64,000 nucleotides of DNA. Origin: an uncultured virus (IMG/VR IMGVR_UViG_3300024933_000029) (Duplodnaviria > Heunggongvirae > Uroviricota > Caudoviricetes). The position numbers were made by a program, and so were the translations under genes. Of the stretch, positions 19,720 through 31,704 are shown in pieces. The DNA is taken from IMG/VR virus record IMGVR_UViG_3300024933_000029, positions 1-64,000 of that record; one strand, 5' to 3'. The number at the start of each line of letters is the position of its first letter. Position 1 is the stretch's first letter. The notes beneath the pieces were generated by a model. The model was not told the origin of the DNA, did not search any database, and was given only the letters and a program-made list of their open reading frames with translations.

Positions 19720-20229
19720 TCAGCGCGGGTCGTAGTTCCACTCGGCCACCTTCTCGCCGAACAGGAACAGCTCCCACAACTGGCGCTGCGCAATGTCGAG
19801 CTGGCCTGGCGGCTCGGGCTTGTAGATCAGGTCGAAGGCGCCGGGGCTGCCCTCGCGCGGGCGCGCCAACACGGCCTCCACCAGGTCGATCTCGATGGCG
19901 AGCTGCTGCGGCTGCGAGGCGGCTGCAGGGTCCGTGGAAGGAGGCGCAATGTCGAAGCGGATCGCCTGCTCGCGCTTTTCGGCATGGTCGAACAGGTCGG
20001 GCTGGTGGCGCCGCGCCCAGACCAGCAACGGCACGGTCACGGCATCGATGCTGTCGGTGAAGTCCGCAATCACCAGGCTCAGCGTGTAGCGGTATTCCCA
20101 GGAAAGGGACGGCGTGCCCGTGTTGACCACACGGCCCCTCTGGATGGTGAAACGGATGTTCCCCGGCGACTGTTGCAGCTGGGGCAGGGCAGCGACGAGC
20201 GCGTCGCGCAGGCTAGCGGGCTTGAGCAT
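19720..20229 (-). CDS. Tail completion / terminator protein R
   Basis: MLKPASLRDAL...SLSWEYRYTL...VPLLVW..RHQPDL. Confidence 0.85.
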   Translation of the reverse strand: MLKPASLRDALVAALPQLQQSPGNIRFTIQRGRVVNTGTPSLSWEYRYTLSLVIADFTDSIDAVTVPLLVWARRHQPDLFDHAEKREQAIRFDIAPPSTDPAAASQPQQLAIEIDLVEAVLARPREGSPGAFDLIYKPEPPGQLDIAQRQLWELFLFGEKVAEWNYDPR

Positions 20230-20779
20230 GGCGTGGGTCCTGGGTCATGGTGCTGGTCAGGGCACTCGTCAGCGCGAGCCCGGCGTCGTAGGCGCGCTCG
20301 CAGGCGCTGCCTCGGTGGCGGGCGTCGTCAGCAATGCGCGCCAGCGCTCCCGCTCGCTCGTCAGCGCGGCGCTGCAGCTCGGCGAGCAGATCGAGGGCTG
20401 CGGTGTCTGGCGTGCACTGTCCGGCAGCGGCGCGAGCCTGGGCGGCGGCACGGTGGGCGGTGATGTAGTCGGCGAGGTCGCCGCGCAGCCGGCCAGCAGC
20501 AGCGCGGGCAGCATCGGCATCCGCCGCAGCGCGCGCCAGGGCCAGGTCCGTGTCGCGTGCAAGAAAGTCGAGGCGTTCACGGTAGGCTCCTTCCCGTTGT
20601 CGATAGCGTTCGGATGCGTGCAGGGCGGCGGTGGCAGCGGCCTGGCGGTCTGTCGCCAGATCCGTGCGCGCCTGCGCCGCATCGCGCTCGGCACCCAGCC
20701 GCGCCAGCGATTGCCATACCAGCAGCGCCGCCAGCAGCAGGGCCAGCAGCTGCCAGGCATGGGTTTGCAGGCGGTCCAT
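20213..20779 (-). CDS. Rz-like inner-membrane spanin
   Basis: N-terminal TM then coiled coil, ...RGSACERAYD; directly after endolysin. Confidence 0.75.
   Translation of the reverse strand: MDRLQTHAWQLLALLLAALLVWQSLARLGAERDAAQARTDLATDRQAAATAALHASERYRQREGAYRERLDFLARDTDLALARAAADADAARAAAGRLRGDLADYITAHRAAAQARAAAGQCTPDTAALDLLAELQRRADERAGALARIADDARHRGSACERAYDAGLALTSALTSTMTQDPRHAQAR
20269..20580 (-). CDS. Rz1-like outer-membrane lipoprotein embedded in Rz
   Basis: AAGGAG RBS, GTG start, lipobox LLLAGC, Pro-rich mature part. Confidence 0.7.
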   Translation of the reverse strand: MNASTFLHATRTWPWRALRRMPMLPALLLAGCAATSPTTSPPTVPPPRLAPLPDSARQTPQPSICSPSCSAALTSERERWRALLTTPATEAAPASAPTTPGSR

Positions 20780-21360
20780 CAAGGCTGGGCCTCCATGCAG
20801 GCCGCGTGGCGCGCCTGCTGGCGTGTCCACACGCCGCGGCACACCTTGTTGCCGGGAGCCGAGCAGTCGAAGCGCCAGCGCGTGGGCCGGCCTGCGCCAT
20901 CCCATCGATAGGCGCTGAAGCCCTGCAAAGGCTGGCTGCTGGTCATGAATCGCCAGGACAGATAGGACTGGCAGGCGCCGGCGTAGTCGCCAGCCCGTGT
21001 CCTGGCCAGCATCGAGGAGCCGCGCCAGGCCCCGCAGCTGTATTGGCCTGCGAAGTCCACCGCCTGGGCGAACTCGGCCGGGTGCACCCGCGTGTCGCCC
21101 AGCGAATCACGCACGCAGGCGCCGTACTGCTGCTCCAGCAGGTTGATGGCCAGCTCGCGCGCCCGTTCGCGGGTGATGGGTGGGTCGGCCAGGGTCACGC
21201 GTGTGCCGTCCTCGTAGCGCGTGGCGCCGTGGCCGATGGTGGGCACATCGCCGCGAACCGGGATGATCGGATCTGCGCTGAAACCTTCTGCGGCAATCCA
21301 GGCCGCGAGAATGGCCGCGCCAATGCCCAGGCCTGCCGCTGGCATGCGGGCCGTGCTCAT
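20779..21360 (-). CDS. SAR-type endolysin (GH24 lysozyme)
   Basis: Hydrophobic N-terminus then EG...DVPTIGHG. Confidence 0.85.
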   Translation of the reverse strand: MSTARMPAAGLGIGAAILAAWIAAEGFSADPIIPVRGDVPTIGHGATRYEDGTRVTLADPPITRERARELAINLLEQQYGACVRDSLGDTRVHPAEFAQAVDFAGQYSCGAWRGSSMLARTRAGDYAGACQSYLSWRFMTSSQPLQGFSAYRWDGAGRPTRWRFDCSAPGNKVCRGVWTRQQARHAACMEAQP

Positions 21361-21623
21361 GGGGCCGCTCCGGTGTCTGTGGCGGTCGAAGACGCCTTCC
21401 TGCGCGCAGCGTCCTCGGCCTGGCGCGCGCGCCGGTCCTCGCGCTCATTGCGCCAGCGCCACAGCAGATACACGGCCTGCAGCAGCACGTAGACGATGGT
21501 CAGCGCGGTCGCGGTATGGGTCATGGTCCAGCCATTGGCCACGTTAGCGGCCACGACGGTGACGGGAGGCGCGGCCTTGGCGCCTTCCAGGGCGGCGGTC
21601 TTGACGATAGTTTCTCGGTCCAT
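21357..21623 (-). CDS. Holin
   Basis: Small TM protein with basic C-terminus just upstream of endolysin. Confidence 0.7.
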   Translation of the reverse strand: MDRETIVKTAALEGAKAAPPVTVVAANVANGWTMTHTATALTIVYVLLQAVYLLWRWRNEREDRRARQAEDAARRKASSTATDTGAAP

Positions 21624-21624
21624 G

Positions 21625-21828
21625 TCAATCCCAGAAACTGATCAGGGGCAGGCTGGGGGCCTGGGTGGGTTCGGTCAGCTCGACGGCCAGGCCAGCGGGC
21701 AGATGGGGACCGTGGGCCGACAGGCCCGGGTTGCGCTCCAGCGTGGCTTCCACCACGCCGCGCGTGGCGCCCAGCTGGCGCATGCACAGCTCGTCCAGCG
21801 TTTCGTATTCACGGGCAATGGCCAGCAT
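21625..21828 (-). CDS. Tail protein X (LysM-like)
   Basis: ETLDELCMRQLG...VVEATLERNPGL...HLPAG...FWD. Confidence 0.88.
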   Translation of the reverse strand: MLAIAREYETLDELCMRQLGATRGVVEATLERNPGLSAHGPHLPAGLAVELTEPTQAPSLPLISFWD

Positions 21829-22080
21829 CAGGCGCGCTCCCTGTGTGCATGGTCGGCGGGAGCGGCGGCACGGGCCGGTGGCGGTATCGCCTGATCCGGC
21901 GCGGGAAAGGGAATGGCAAGACTCACTGAAGCTCCTCGTGGGCCGGCCCGCGCGGACCTGTTCCTGGTGCACCCGCCATGCGTGTGGCTGCGGATGCCGG
22001 GAACGCCTCAGGCCACCGGATCGCGGTGGCACCGGGCAGGCGGTAGGCCGGGTCCGGCGCGCGGGCCGGGTATGAATGCC

Positions 22081-22139
22081 ATGTTTGCCGACGGGAGCAG
22101 GCCCGGCAATCGCTGCAGCCTGTGCGCGCTGCGGGCACG
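22081..22139 (-). promoter_or_regulatory. Ogr-type late promoter (X/lysis operon, former head-operon position)
   Basis: CGT-N13-ACA at 22121-22139, 34 nt, then AAACAT. Confidence 0.6.
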
Positions 22140-22163
22140 CCAGCGGCCATGCCGAACGCAGAA

Positions 22164-22196
22164 ATGACAAGACCCCGCAGAGCGGGGTCTTGTCAT
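22164..22196. terminator. Hairpin terminator after the SOS gene
   Basis: ATGACAAGACCCCGC-AGA-GCGGGGTCTTGTCAT, perfect 15-bp stem. Confidence 0.7.
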
Positions 22197-22213
22197 GGTG
22201 GGGGTGAGCGGGT

Positions 22214-22432
22214 CTAGCAGCGCTTGCTGCCAACTACCTGGCTGCGATGAAGATGGTCGGACAGGTCACCCGCCGCCGCGCTGAGCTTGCGTGACACGGG
22301 CAGCAGCAATGCGGTAATGGCCGAGGCGTGCACGGCCGTGCCCCGGGCTGCAGCCAGCAGCTCGCAGATGGCTGCCACTTGCTCGCTGGCGCTTTCCACA
22401 TCGTCCCTGACCGTCTCAATCTGGTGCTGCAT
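22214..22432 (-). CDS. Small LexA-regulated hypothetical protein
   Basis: 72-aa helical ORF directly behind a promoter carrying an SOS box. Confidence 0.65.
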   Translation of the reverse strand: MQHQIETVRDDVESASEQVAAICELLAAARGTAVHASAITALLLPVSRKLSAAAGDLSDHLHRSQVVGSKRC

Positions 22433-22445
22433 CGCGTCTTCTTTC

Positions 22446-22490
22446 TACTGTATGCACATACAGTATAGGTCGAATGACCAGATGTTTCAA
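22446..22490 (-). promoter_or_regulatory. Sigma70 promoter with LexA (SOS) box
   Basis: TTGAAA-17-TATACT; TACTGTATGCACATACAGTA (CTGT-N8-ACAG) at 22446-22465 overlaps the -10. Confidence 0.88.
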
Positions 22491-23003
22491 TTTGATGTGA
22501 CCCTTTTTCATCTGCTGATTGGCGATGACGGGCAGGGCCTTTGGTCGGGCTGCGCGCATGTTGGGTTGGCGTGTGCCGAGCGGCCTCGAAAGCCTTTTGT
22601 TGGCCCGCACGGATCCCGCGCAGTGAAGGCAAGTGATTGTTTTTGAATGGTTGACGACCCGCCCCCCGCGCACCACGCACCAACGCCGCTCAACTGCGGC
22701 GAACACTGCTCAAGCCCGCTTCCTGTAGAGGAGGCGCATTGGCCAGGCGGATTGCGGGATTCCCCTGCAAGAGCGCGCGTCTGGAAGGCAAAACCGCCTC
22801 GTTTATAATGTCCGGCTTCGCTTACATCACGGGTTGAGCGAACCATGTGCGGTCCCCAGCGGCCAGGTGCATGTGATGTAAGCCCTTGAAATCTGAGGTG
22901 CCGCGCGGCCAACTGGCTTGGCTCGCGTCGCACCGTGACTTTTGCGCAATACGGTGCGGGCTGTACAGCAGCCGGCACGGTCCAATCCCTCATAGGAACA
23001 AAC

Positions 23004-24314
23004 ATGGCCGTTACTGTTGAAACCCTTGAAAAGCTCGAGCGCAAGATCACGCTGAGCCTGCCCCTGAACTCCATCCAGAGCGAAGTCGAGAACCGCCTCA
23101 AGCAAGTGGCGCGCACCGTGAAGATGGACGGCTTCCGTCCCGGCAAGGTGCCGATGAGCGTGGTGGCCCAGCGTTATGGCTACTCGGTGCAGTACGAAGT
23201 GCTCAACGACAAGGTTGGCGAGGCTTTTGCACAGGCCGTCAACGAAGCCAAGCTGCGCGTGGCTGGCCAGCCCCGCATCTCCGAAAAGGAAGGCGCTCCC
23301 GAGGGCGAGGCCCAGTTCGAAGCCATCTTCGAAGTGATGCCTGAAGTCAAGATCGGTGACCTGACCTCGGCCGAAGTCGAGAAGCTGACCGCCGAAGTGG
23401 ACGACGCCGCCATCGACAAGACCGTGGACATCCTGCGCAAGCAGCGCCGCACCTTCGCGCAGCGCGCCCAGGCCGATGTGGCCGTGGACGGCGACCGCGT
23501 GACCGTGGACTTCGAAGGCAAGATCGACGGCGAGACCTTCTCCGGCGGCAAGGCTGAAGACTTCCAGTTCCTGGTCGGCGAAGGCCAGATGCTCAAGGAA
23601 TTCGAAGACGCAGTGCGCGGCATGAAGGCTGGCGAGTCCAAGACTTTCCCGCTGGCATTCCCCGCCGACTACCACGGCAAGGACGTGGCCGGCAAGACCG
23701 CCGATTTCCTGGTGACGGTCAAGAAGATCGAAGCCGCCAACCTGCCCGAAGTGGACGAGGCTTTTGCCAAGGCACTGGGCGTGGCTGAAGGCACGGTCGA
23801 AGGCCTGCGCGCCGACATCAAGAAGAACCTGGAGCGTGAAGTCAAGTTCCGCGTCCAGGGCCGCAACAAGCAGGCCGTGATGGACGCCCTGGTGTCCAAG
23901 GCCGAGTTGGAACTGCCCAAGGCTTCGGTGCAGGCTGAAGTCGCACGTCTGCTGGAAGGCGCCCGCGCCGAGCTGCAGCAGCGCGGCATCAAGGACGCCG
24001 AGAAGGCCGAGATCCCTGAAGACGTGTTCCTGCCCCAAGCCGAGCGCCGCGTGCGCCTGGGCCTGGTGGTGGCAGAGCTGGTGCGCGCCAACGAGCTGCA
24101 CGCCACGCCCGACCAGATCAAGGCCCACGTGGAAGAGCTGGCCGCCAGCTACGAAAAGCCCGAAGACGTGGCACGCTGGTACTTCGGCGACCGCCAACGC
24201 CTGGCTGAAGTCGAAGCCGTTGTCATCGAAAACAACGTGACCGAGTTCGTGCTGGGCAAGGCCAAGGTCTCCGACAAGGCCGTGTCCTTCGACGAACTGA
24301 TGGGCCAGGCCTGA
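23004..24314 (+). CDS. tig: Trigger factor
   Basis: [13 protein letters not shown]...DGFRPGKVP; upstream of clpP. Confidence 0.97.
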   Translation: MAVTVETLEKLERKITLSLPLNSIQSEVENRLKQVARTVKMDGFRPGKVPMSVVAQRYGYSVQYEVLNDKVGEAFAQAVNEAKLRVAGQPRISEKEGAPEGEAQFEAIFEVMPEVKIGDLTSAEVEKLTAEVDDAAIDKTVDILRKQRRTFAQRAQADVAVDGDRVTVDFEGKIDGETFSGGKAEDFQFLVGEGQMLKEFEDAVRGMKAGESKTFPLAFPADYHGKDVAGKTADFLVTVKKIEAANLPEVDEAFAKALGVAEGTVEGLRADIKKNLEREVKFRVQGRNKQAVMDALVSKAELELPKASVQAEVARLLEGARAELQQRGIKDAEKAEIPEDVFLPQAERRVRLGLVVAELVRANELHATPDQIKAHVEELAASYEKPEDVARWYFGDRQRLAEVEAVVIENNVTEFVLGKAKVSDKAVSFDELMGQA

Positions 24315-24372
24315 GGGTTTGAGCACCGCCTGCCTGCCGCTTCGTGAGATCGGCGGGCGGGTTGGCATCTGC

Positions 24373-24408
24373 GGGGCTTGTGCTTTGGCGCACAAGCCCC
24401 ATTTTCTT
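24373..24408 (+). terminator. Hairpin/terminator after tig
   Basis: GGGGCTTGTGC...GCACAAGCCCC followed by ATTTTCTT. Confidence 0.6.
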
Positions 24409-24449
24409 TCCGGATACGGCTAAAGTAGCCCCCTAGTACTGGAGAAAAC

Positions 24450-25058
24450 ATGAGCGCATTGGAAACTCAGGGTTTGGGCATGATCCCAATGGTCATCGAA
24501 CAGTCCGGCCGCGGAGAGCGGTCGTACGACATCTACTCGCGCCTGCTCAAGGACCGGGTGATCTTCCTGGTGGGCCCTGTCAATGACCAGACGGCCAACC
24601 TCGTCGTGGCCCAGCTGCTGTTCCTTGAAAGCGAAAACCCCGACAAGGACATTTCGTTCTACATCAACAGCCCTGGCGGTTCCGTGAGCGCCGGCCTGGC
24701 CATCTTCGACACGATGAACTTCATCAAGCCCGATGTGTCCACGCTGTGCACCGGCATCGCAGCCAGCATGGGCGCCTTCCTGCTGGCCGCTGGCACCAAG
24801 GGCAAGCGCTTTGCGCTGCCCAACTCCCAGGTCATGATCCACCAGCCGCTGGGCGGCATGCAGGGCCAGGCCACCGAGATCGAGATCCACGCACGCGAGA
24901 TCCTCAAGACCCGCGAGCGCCTGAACAAGATCCTGGCCGAGCGCACGGGCCAGCCGCTGGAAAAGATCCAGCACGACACCGAGCGCGACTACTTCCTGTC
25001 CGCCGAGGAAGCCAAGGACTACGGCCTGGTCGATCAGGTGATCAACAAGCGCTCCTGA
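24450..25058 (+). CDS. clpP: Clp protease proteolytic subunit
   Basis: [25 protein letters not shown]. Confidence 0.98.
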   Translation: MSALETQGLGMIPMVIEQSGRGERSYDIYSRLLKDRVIFLVGPVNDQTANLVVAQLLFLESENPDKDISFYINSPGGSVSAGLAIFDTMNFIKPDVSTLCTGIAASMGAFLLAAGTKGKRFALPNSQVMIHQPLGGMQGQATEIEIHAREILKTRERLNKILAERTGQPLEKIQHDTERDYFLSAEEAKDYGLVDQVINKRS

Positions 25059-25165
25059 AGTCCGGAGGCTGCATGAGAATGGGCGGCGTTTTCCCCCTAC
25101 GGAAAACGCCGCTTTCCATTTGGTTATCATCCTTTTCCATATTTCTGTAACAAGGCACCGACCCC

Positions 25166-26428
25166 ATGGCCGAGAAAAAAGGCTCCTCCAGCGAAAAAAA
25201 CCTTTATTGCACCTTCTGCGGCAAGAGCCAGCATGAGGTCAAGAAGCTGATCGCGGGTCCGTCAGTCTTTATCTGCGACGAGTGCATCGATCTCTGCAAC
25301 GAGATCATCCGCGACGAGCAGCCCAGCACCGAGGCCAAGGACGGCCGAGGCGACCTGCCCACGCCCGCCGAAATCAAGGCCAACCTCGACAACTACGTGA
25401 TTGGCCAGGACCTGCCCAAGCGCACGCTGGCCGTTGCCGTCTACAACCACTACAAGCGCCTGCGTCACAAGGACAAGGCCGGCAAGGACGAGATTGAGCT
25501 GGCCAAGAGCAACATCCTGCTCATCGGTCCCACGGGCTCCGGCAAGACGCTGCTGGCGCAGACGCTGGCGCGCATGCTCAACGTTCCCTTCGTCATGGCC
25601 GATGCCACCACGCTGACCGAAGCCGGTTACGTGGGCGAGGACGTCGAGAACATCATCCAGAAGCTGCTGCAAAGCTGCGAGTACGACGTCGAGCGTGCAC
25701 AGCGCGGCATCGTCTACATCGACGAGATCGACAAGATCTCGCGCAAGTCCGACAACCCCAGCATCACGCGCGACGTGTCTGGCGAGGGCGTGCAGCAGGC
25801 CCTGCTCAAGCTCATCGAAGGCACCATGGCCAGCGTCCCTCCGCAAGGCGGCCGCAAGCATCCGAACCAGGACTTCCTGCAGATCGACACGACCAACATC
25901 CTGTTCATCTGCGGCGGCGCGTTCGCGGGCCTGGAGAAGGTCATCGAGAACCGCACCGAGGCGTCTGGCATCGGCTTTGGCGCCACGGTCAAGAGCAAGA
26001 AGCAGCGTTCCATCTCGGAAGTGTTCCAGGAGATCGAGCCTGAAGACCTGATCAAGTTCGGCATCATCCCCGAGCTGGTCGGCCGCATGCCCGTGGTCAC
26101 GGCCCTGGCCGAACTGGGCGAAGACGCCCTGGTGCAGATCCTGACCGAGCCCAAGAACGCCCTGGTCAAGCAGTACAGCAAGCTGCTGGCCATGGAAGGC
26201 GTGGAGCTGGAGATCCGGCCTGCCGCGCTCAAGGCCATCGCCCGCAAGGCGCTGGCGCGCAAGACGGGTGCCCGTGGCCTGCGCTCCATCCTGGAGCAAT
26301 CGCTGATCGGCACCATGTACGAGCTGCCCAATGCCGACAATGTCGAAAAGGTAGTGGTGGACGAGTCCACCATCGAAGACGGAAAGGCGCCGCTGCTGGT
26401 TTACCGCGAAGCGGCCAAGAAGGCCTGA
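25166..26428 (+). CDS. clpX: Clp protease ATP-binding subunit
   Basis: CTFCGKSQ zinc finger, [19 protein letters not shown]. Confidence 0.98.
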   Translation: MAEKKGSSSEKNLYCTFCGKSQHEVKKLIAGPSVFICDECIDLCNEIIRDEQPSTEAKDGRGDLPTPAEIKANLDNYVIGQDLPKRTLAVAVYNHYKRLRHKDKAGKDEIELAKSNILLIGPTGSGKTLLAQTLARMLNVPFVMADATTLTEAGYVGEDVENIIQKLLQSCEYDVERAQRGIVYIDEIDKISRKSDNPSITRDVSGEGVQQALLKLIEGTMASVPPQGGRKHPNQDFLQIDTTNILFICGGAFAGLEKVIENRTEASGIGFGATVKSKKQRSISEVFQEIEPEDLIKFGIIPELVGRMPVVTALAELGEDALVQILTEPKNALVKQYSKLLAMEGVELEIRPAALKAIARKALARKTGARGLRSILEQSLIGTMYELPNADNVEKVVVDESTIEDGKAPLLVYREAAKKA

Positions 26429-26495
26429 TGCGCCGCCGCCTGCAAAGGTCCGGCAGCGCAAGTCCCTGCGGCCCGAAATCCTTTCGGGCCGCAGG

Positions 26496-26524
26496 GTTGA
26501 AATACACCGGTGTGCGGACCATCT
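26496..26524 (+). promoter_or_regulatory. Possible sigma32 promoter of lon, after a hairpin at 26464-26496
   Basis: GTTGAAA-N14-GACCATCT resembles the RpoH consensus. Confidence 0.45.
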
Positions 26525-26548
26525 TCCGCTGACAAACCGAGGATTCCC

Positions 26549-28963
<2,415 letters not shown>

Positions 28964-29066
28964 AGATGAAAAAATGTAGCGTTTTTCCTGAACCCTCCAA
29001 GAACTACGCTACAATTCATCCCATCGCAGCAAACGACGTTGTAGAATGTCAGGCTTCGGTAGAAAT

Positions 29067-29142
29067 GCGGGAATAGCTCAGTTGGTAGAGCGCAACCTTG
29101 CCAAGGTTGAGGTCGACGGTTCGAACCCGTTTTCCCGCTCCA
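29067..29142 (+). tRNA. tRNA-Gly(GCC)
   Basis: GCGGGAATAGCTCAGTTGG...TTGCCAA...TTCGAA...CCA. Confidence 0.97.
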
Positions 29143-29209
29143 GATTTTGAACATGCTTTCGGGTGTGTTCAGTTCTGGTGGCGGTTGGCTGCCAGAATGG
29201 ATGATTCAA

Positions 29210-29285
29210 GCGGGAATAGCTCAGTTGGTAGAGCGCAACCTTGCCAAGGTTGAGGTCGACGGTTCGAACCCGTTTTCCCGCTCCA
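29210..29285 (+). tRNA. tRNA-Gly(GCC)
   Basis: Identical second copy. Confidence 0.97.
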
Positions 29286-29346
29286 GTTTTGGATGTGTGC
29301 CTAGTGCACATCCGATTCAGGTGACGGTTGGTTGCTTGAATTTTTT

Positions 29347-29422
29347 GCGGGAATAGCTCAGTTGGTAGAGCGCAACCTTGCCAAGGTTGAGGTCGACGGT
29401 TCGAACCCGTTTTCCCGCTCCA
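29347..29422 (+). tRNA. tRNA-Gly(GCC)
   Basis: Identical third copy. Confidence 0.97.
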
Positions 29423-29465
29423 GTTTTAAAAACTGCAGCAATGCTGCATGTTTGATAGTGATCTT

Positions 29466-29539
29466 GGCGCGATAGCAAAGCGGTTATGCCCCGGATTGCA
29501 AATCCGGTTAGACCAGTTCGACTCTGGTTCGCGCCTCCA
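29466..29539 (+). tRNA. tRNA-Cys(GCA), probable prophage attachment site
   Basis: GGCGCGATAGCAAAGCGG...TTGCAAA...CCA; integrase follows. Confidence 0.95.
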
Positions 29540-29553
29540 AAAATTCTAATTAG

Positions 29554-29566
29554 AATCAAGTACTTA
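29554..29566 (+). promoter_or_regulatory. IHF site in the att arm
   Basis: AATCAAGTACTTA matches WATCAANNNNTTR. Confidence 0.6.
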
Positions 29567-29567
29567 T

Positions 29568-29590
29568 AAGGCCCTTCGGGGCCTTTTTTC
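29568..29590 (+). terminator. Intrinsic terminator after tRNA operon
   Basis: AAGGCCC-TTCG-GGGCCTT followed by a T tract. Confidence 0.85.
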
Positions 29591-29715
29591 ATTTCCGGCA
29601 CGATTCAATATAGGCTCAATCGATCTCAAACCGCGCAGAAACTGCGGTCGAACCACGCCTAATTTGCATAGTTTGTCGATGAGGTGAGTACACTCCGGCC
29701 GAACTTCACAGGGAG

Positions 29716-30930
29716 GTGAGTTTGTCGAGTGTGCGCAAAACGCCCCGAGGGCGATATGAGCTGACGATTCGCAGCAAGCTGCTGCCGAAGCCGGTCTATA
29801 TGACGTTCGACGACCAGGCCGAGGCCGAGCAGTACGGCCAGCAGGTCGACCAGCTGCTCGCTGCCGGCGTGGTGCCGGCGGGCCTGGTGCAGCAGACGGC
29901 TTCAGCCCCGAAGCCCACTGAGCGGCTGCGATTCGTGCTGGTGGCTTGGATCAACACAGGCCAGCCGGCGGCTACCGACATCCCGGTCCTCGAGCTGCTG
30001 GTCGATGAGGTGGGCAAGGTGCTGATCGCCGACCTCACGTACAAATGGGCCGAGGCCTGGGTGCGCAGCCTCAAGCTGGAGCGCAATTTCTCGCCGGGCA
30101 CCATCCGCAAGCGCGTGGGCTCGCTGTCACGCTGCCTGGACTGGTGGCTGCGGCAGCATCCCGATGCCATGGTGGGCAACCCGCTGCGCCTGTTGCCCAA
30201 GGGTGCGGCCACATACACCCCGAAGGACCGGGCCGACATCGAGGCGCTCAACGCTGCGGCCGGCGACCAGGCCAAGCCCAAGGTTGCCAAGGAAGATGTC
30301 CAGCGCGAGCGCCGGCTGCTGCCGGGCGAGCTGGACCGCATCGAGCGGGTGCTGGCCGGCGAGCGGCGGCCGGACCGCGAGCGCACCATCAAGCTGGACG
30401 ACGCGCCAGCCCTGCGCGCCATGTTCCTACTGATCCTCTACACGGGGCTGCGGCTGCGCGAGGCCTACACGCTCCGGCGTGGGCAGTTCAGCCTGGCGAC
30501 GCGGGTGATCCGGGCCAAGGCCAGCAAGCAGTGGCACGGCAAGGTCAAGTACCGCGAGGTGCCCATGCGGCCTGAGCTTTTCGGCGTGCTGGAGGCCTAC
30601 CTGCAGGCCCTGCCGGATGAGGGCGAGCAGCAGCTGGTGTTTCCGTGGTGGACGGGGGAAGAGGATGCGCAGGAGCTGGCCAGGGTCTCGTCGCGGCTTT
30701 CCAATCGGTTCGCCAGCCTGTTTGGCTATGCACAGTGCGACGGGCTGACGGAGCACGACCTGCGGCATGAGGCGACGTGCCTGTGGTTCGAGATGCGTAC
30801 CAAGACAGGGGACTGGATGTTCCGCGAGGCAGAGATCCATCGAATCATGGGCTGGGCGCCTGGCAGCAAGATGGCCCAGCGGTACGCCAGCTTCCGTGCG
30901 GAAGATCTGGCGGCCCGGATGTGGTCTTAG
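29716..30930 (+). CDS. int: Tyrosine integrase
   Basis: YTGLRLRE, HDLRH, MGW...RYA. Confidence 0.92.
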   Translation: MSLSSVRKTPRGRYELTIRSKLLPKPVYMTFDDQAEAEQYGQQVDQLLAAGVVPAGLVQQTASAPKPTERLRFVLVAWINTGQPAATDIPVLELLVDEVGKVLIADLTYKWAEAWVRSLKLERNFSPGTIRKRVGSLSRCLDWWLRQHPDAMVGNPLRLLPKGAATYTPKDRADIEALNAAAGDQAKPKVAKEDVQRERRLLPGELDRIERVLAGERRPDRERTIKLDDAPALRAMFLLILYTGLRLREAYTLRRGQFSLATRVIRAKASKQWHGKVKYREVPMRPELFGVLEAYLQALPDEGEQQLVFPWWTGEEDAQELARVSSRLSNRFASLFGYAQCDGLTEHDLRHEATCLWFEMRTKTGDWMFREAEIHRIMGWAPGSKMAQRYASFRAEDLAARMWS

Positions 30931-31304
30931 CAGCCGGCCGCAGCCAGCGGCGGCAGGGCTGGCGGTACTCGCCGCTGGCGGCCCCTTGCCTTTGGGGTGC
31001 TGCTCGGCAGGAGTGCGGCCGGCGGTGCAGCCGTGGGGGCCGCTGAAGCGGCCTGAGCGGCCTTGCCGCGCAGCTGGGCTGCATCGCGCGTTGCGCCCAG
31101 CTGCGCGCGCCTGGCTGCGGCCTCTTCGCGCGCCATCTCGTTGAGGCGCTCGAAGAGGGCCTGGCGCGGGATGATCCAGCCACGGCCCACCTTCACGCCA
31201 GGCAGATCGCCGCACTTAACGCGCGCTGCTGCTGTTTCTTTGTCGCAGGCAAACAGCTCGGCCAGGTCTTCGACGGTCAGGATTTCGGTGTCAGCGCTGG
31301 TCAT
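30927..31304 (-). CDS. Excisionase-like HTH protein
   Basis: ILTVEDLAELF...GDLPGVKVGRGWII; converges on int. Confidence 0.75.
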   Translation of the reverse strand: MTSADTEILTVEDLAELFACDKETAAARVKCGDLPGVKVGRGWIIPRQALFERLNEMAREEAAARRAQLGATRDAAQLRGKAAQAASAAPTAAPPAALLPSSTPKARGRQRRVPPALPPLAAAGC

Positions 31305-31704
31305 CGCTGCTTGCCTCCAGTGCGTGTTTTGGGACATTGAAAAACTGCAGGCGACCCTTCCATGGCACGAAGGGAATGGGCCGGCTGTCGCGTAGCACGA
31401 AGCCGAAGCTGCCCTCCTGTTTCCACTTCGACGTACTGTGCTCCACGCAGTCCACGATGCGGGTCCAGCCGACCAAGCCGCCCCGCTGCAGCTGCTCGTA
31501 GGCGGGGAGCCCGCTGGCGGGGAGCATGCCGGCGTTGCCCAGCTCTTCGGTGATCTGGTCGTAGTAGGCGCGGGTCATCGTGAGGCCGGCGTGCACCAGC
31601 ACGTTGCCGCGAAACGTGGTGTTCCAGTCGCGGTTCTCGATATCCTTGTGACCGTGGACGATGAGCCAGGCCCAGGGTTGGCGGATGCTCAGTGCGGGGA
31701 TCAT
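31291..31704 (-). CDS. ASCH-domain protein
   Basis: ALSIRQPWAWLIVHGHKDIENRDW. Confidence 0.88.
   Translation of the reverse strand: MIPALSIRQPWAWLIVHGHKDIENRDWNTTFRGNVLVHAGLTMTRAYYDQITEELGNAGMLPASGLPAYEQLQRGGLVGWTRIVDCVEHSTSKWKQEGSFGFVLRDSRPIPFVPWKGRLQFFNVPKHALEASSDDQR

Larger units (their letters stand above)
1..22490 (-). mobile_element. Head-less P2/phiCTX-like element (tailocin-like cryptic prophage); left end lies outside the window
   Basis: Order X-holin-lysin-Rz/Rz1-R-V-W-J-I-fibre module-FI-FII-E/E'-T-U-D-repressor-ogr-A; no Q/P/O/N/M/L/S homologues seen. Confidence 0.85.

Noticed and set aside
4136..20229. T6SS or eCIS interpretation
   Set aside because: No membrane complex, AAA ATPase or effectors; gene order and sequences are P2-type with a lysis cassette
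22500..22800. P2 cos or att site at the right end of the tail element
   Set aside because: Only weak G-rich and IHF-like matches; the partner end is outside the window
29067..29422. Three identical 76-bp repeats with unique spacers, CRISPR-like
   Set aside because: They are tRNA-Gly genes; no cas genes present
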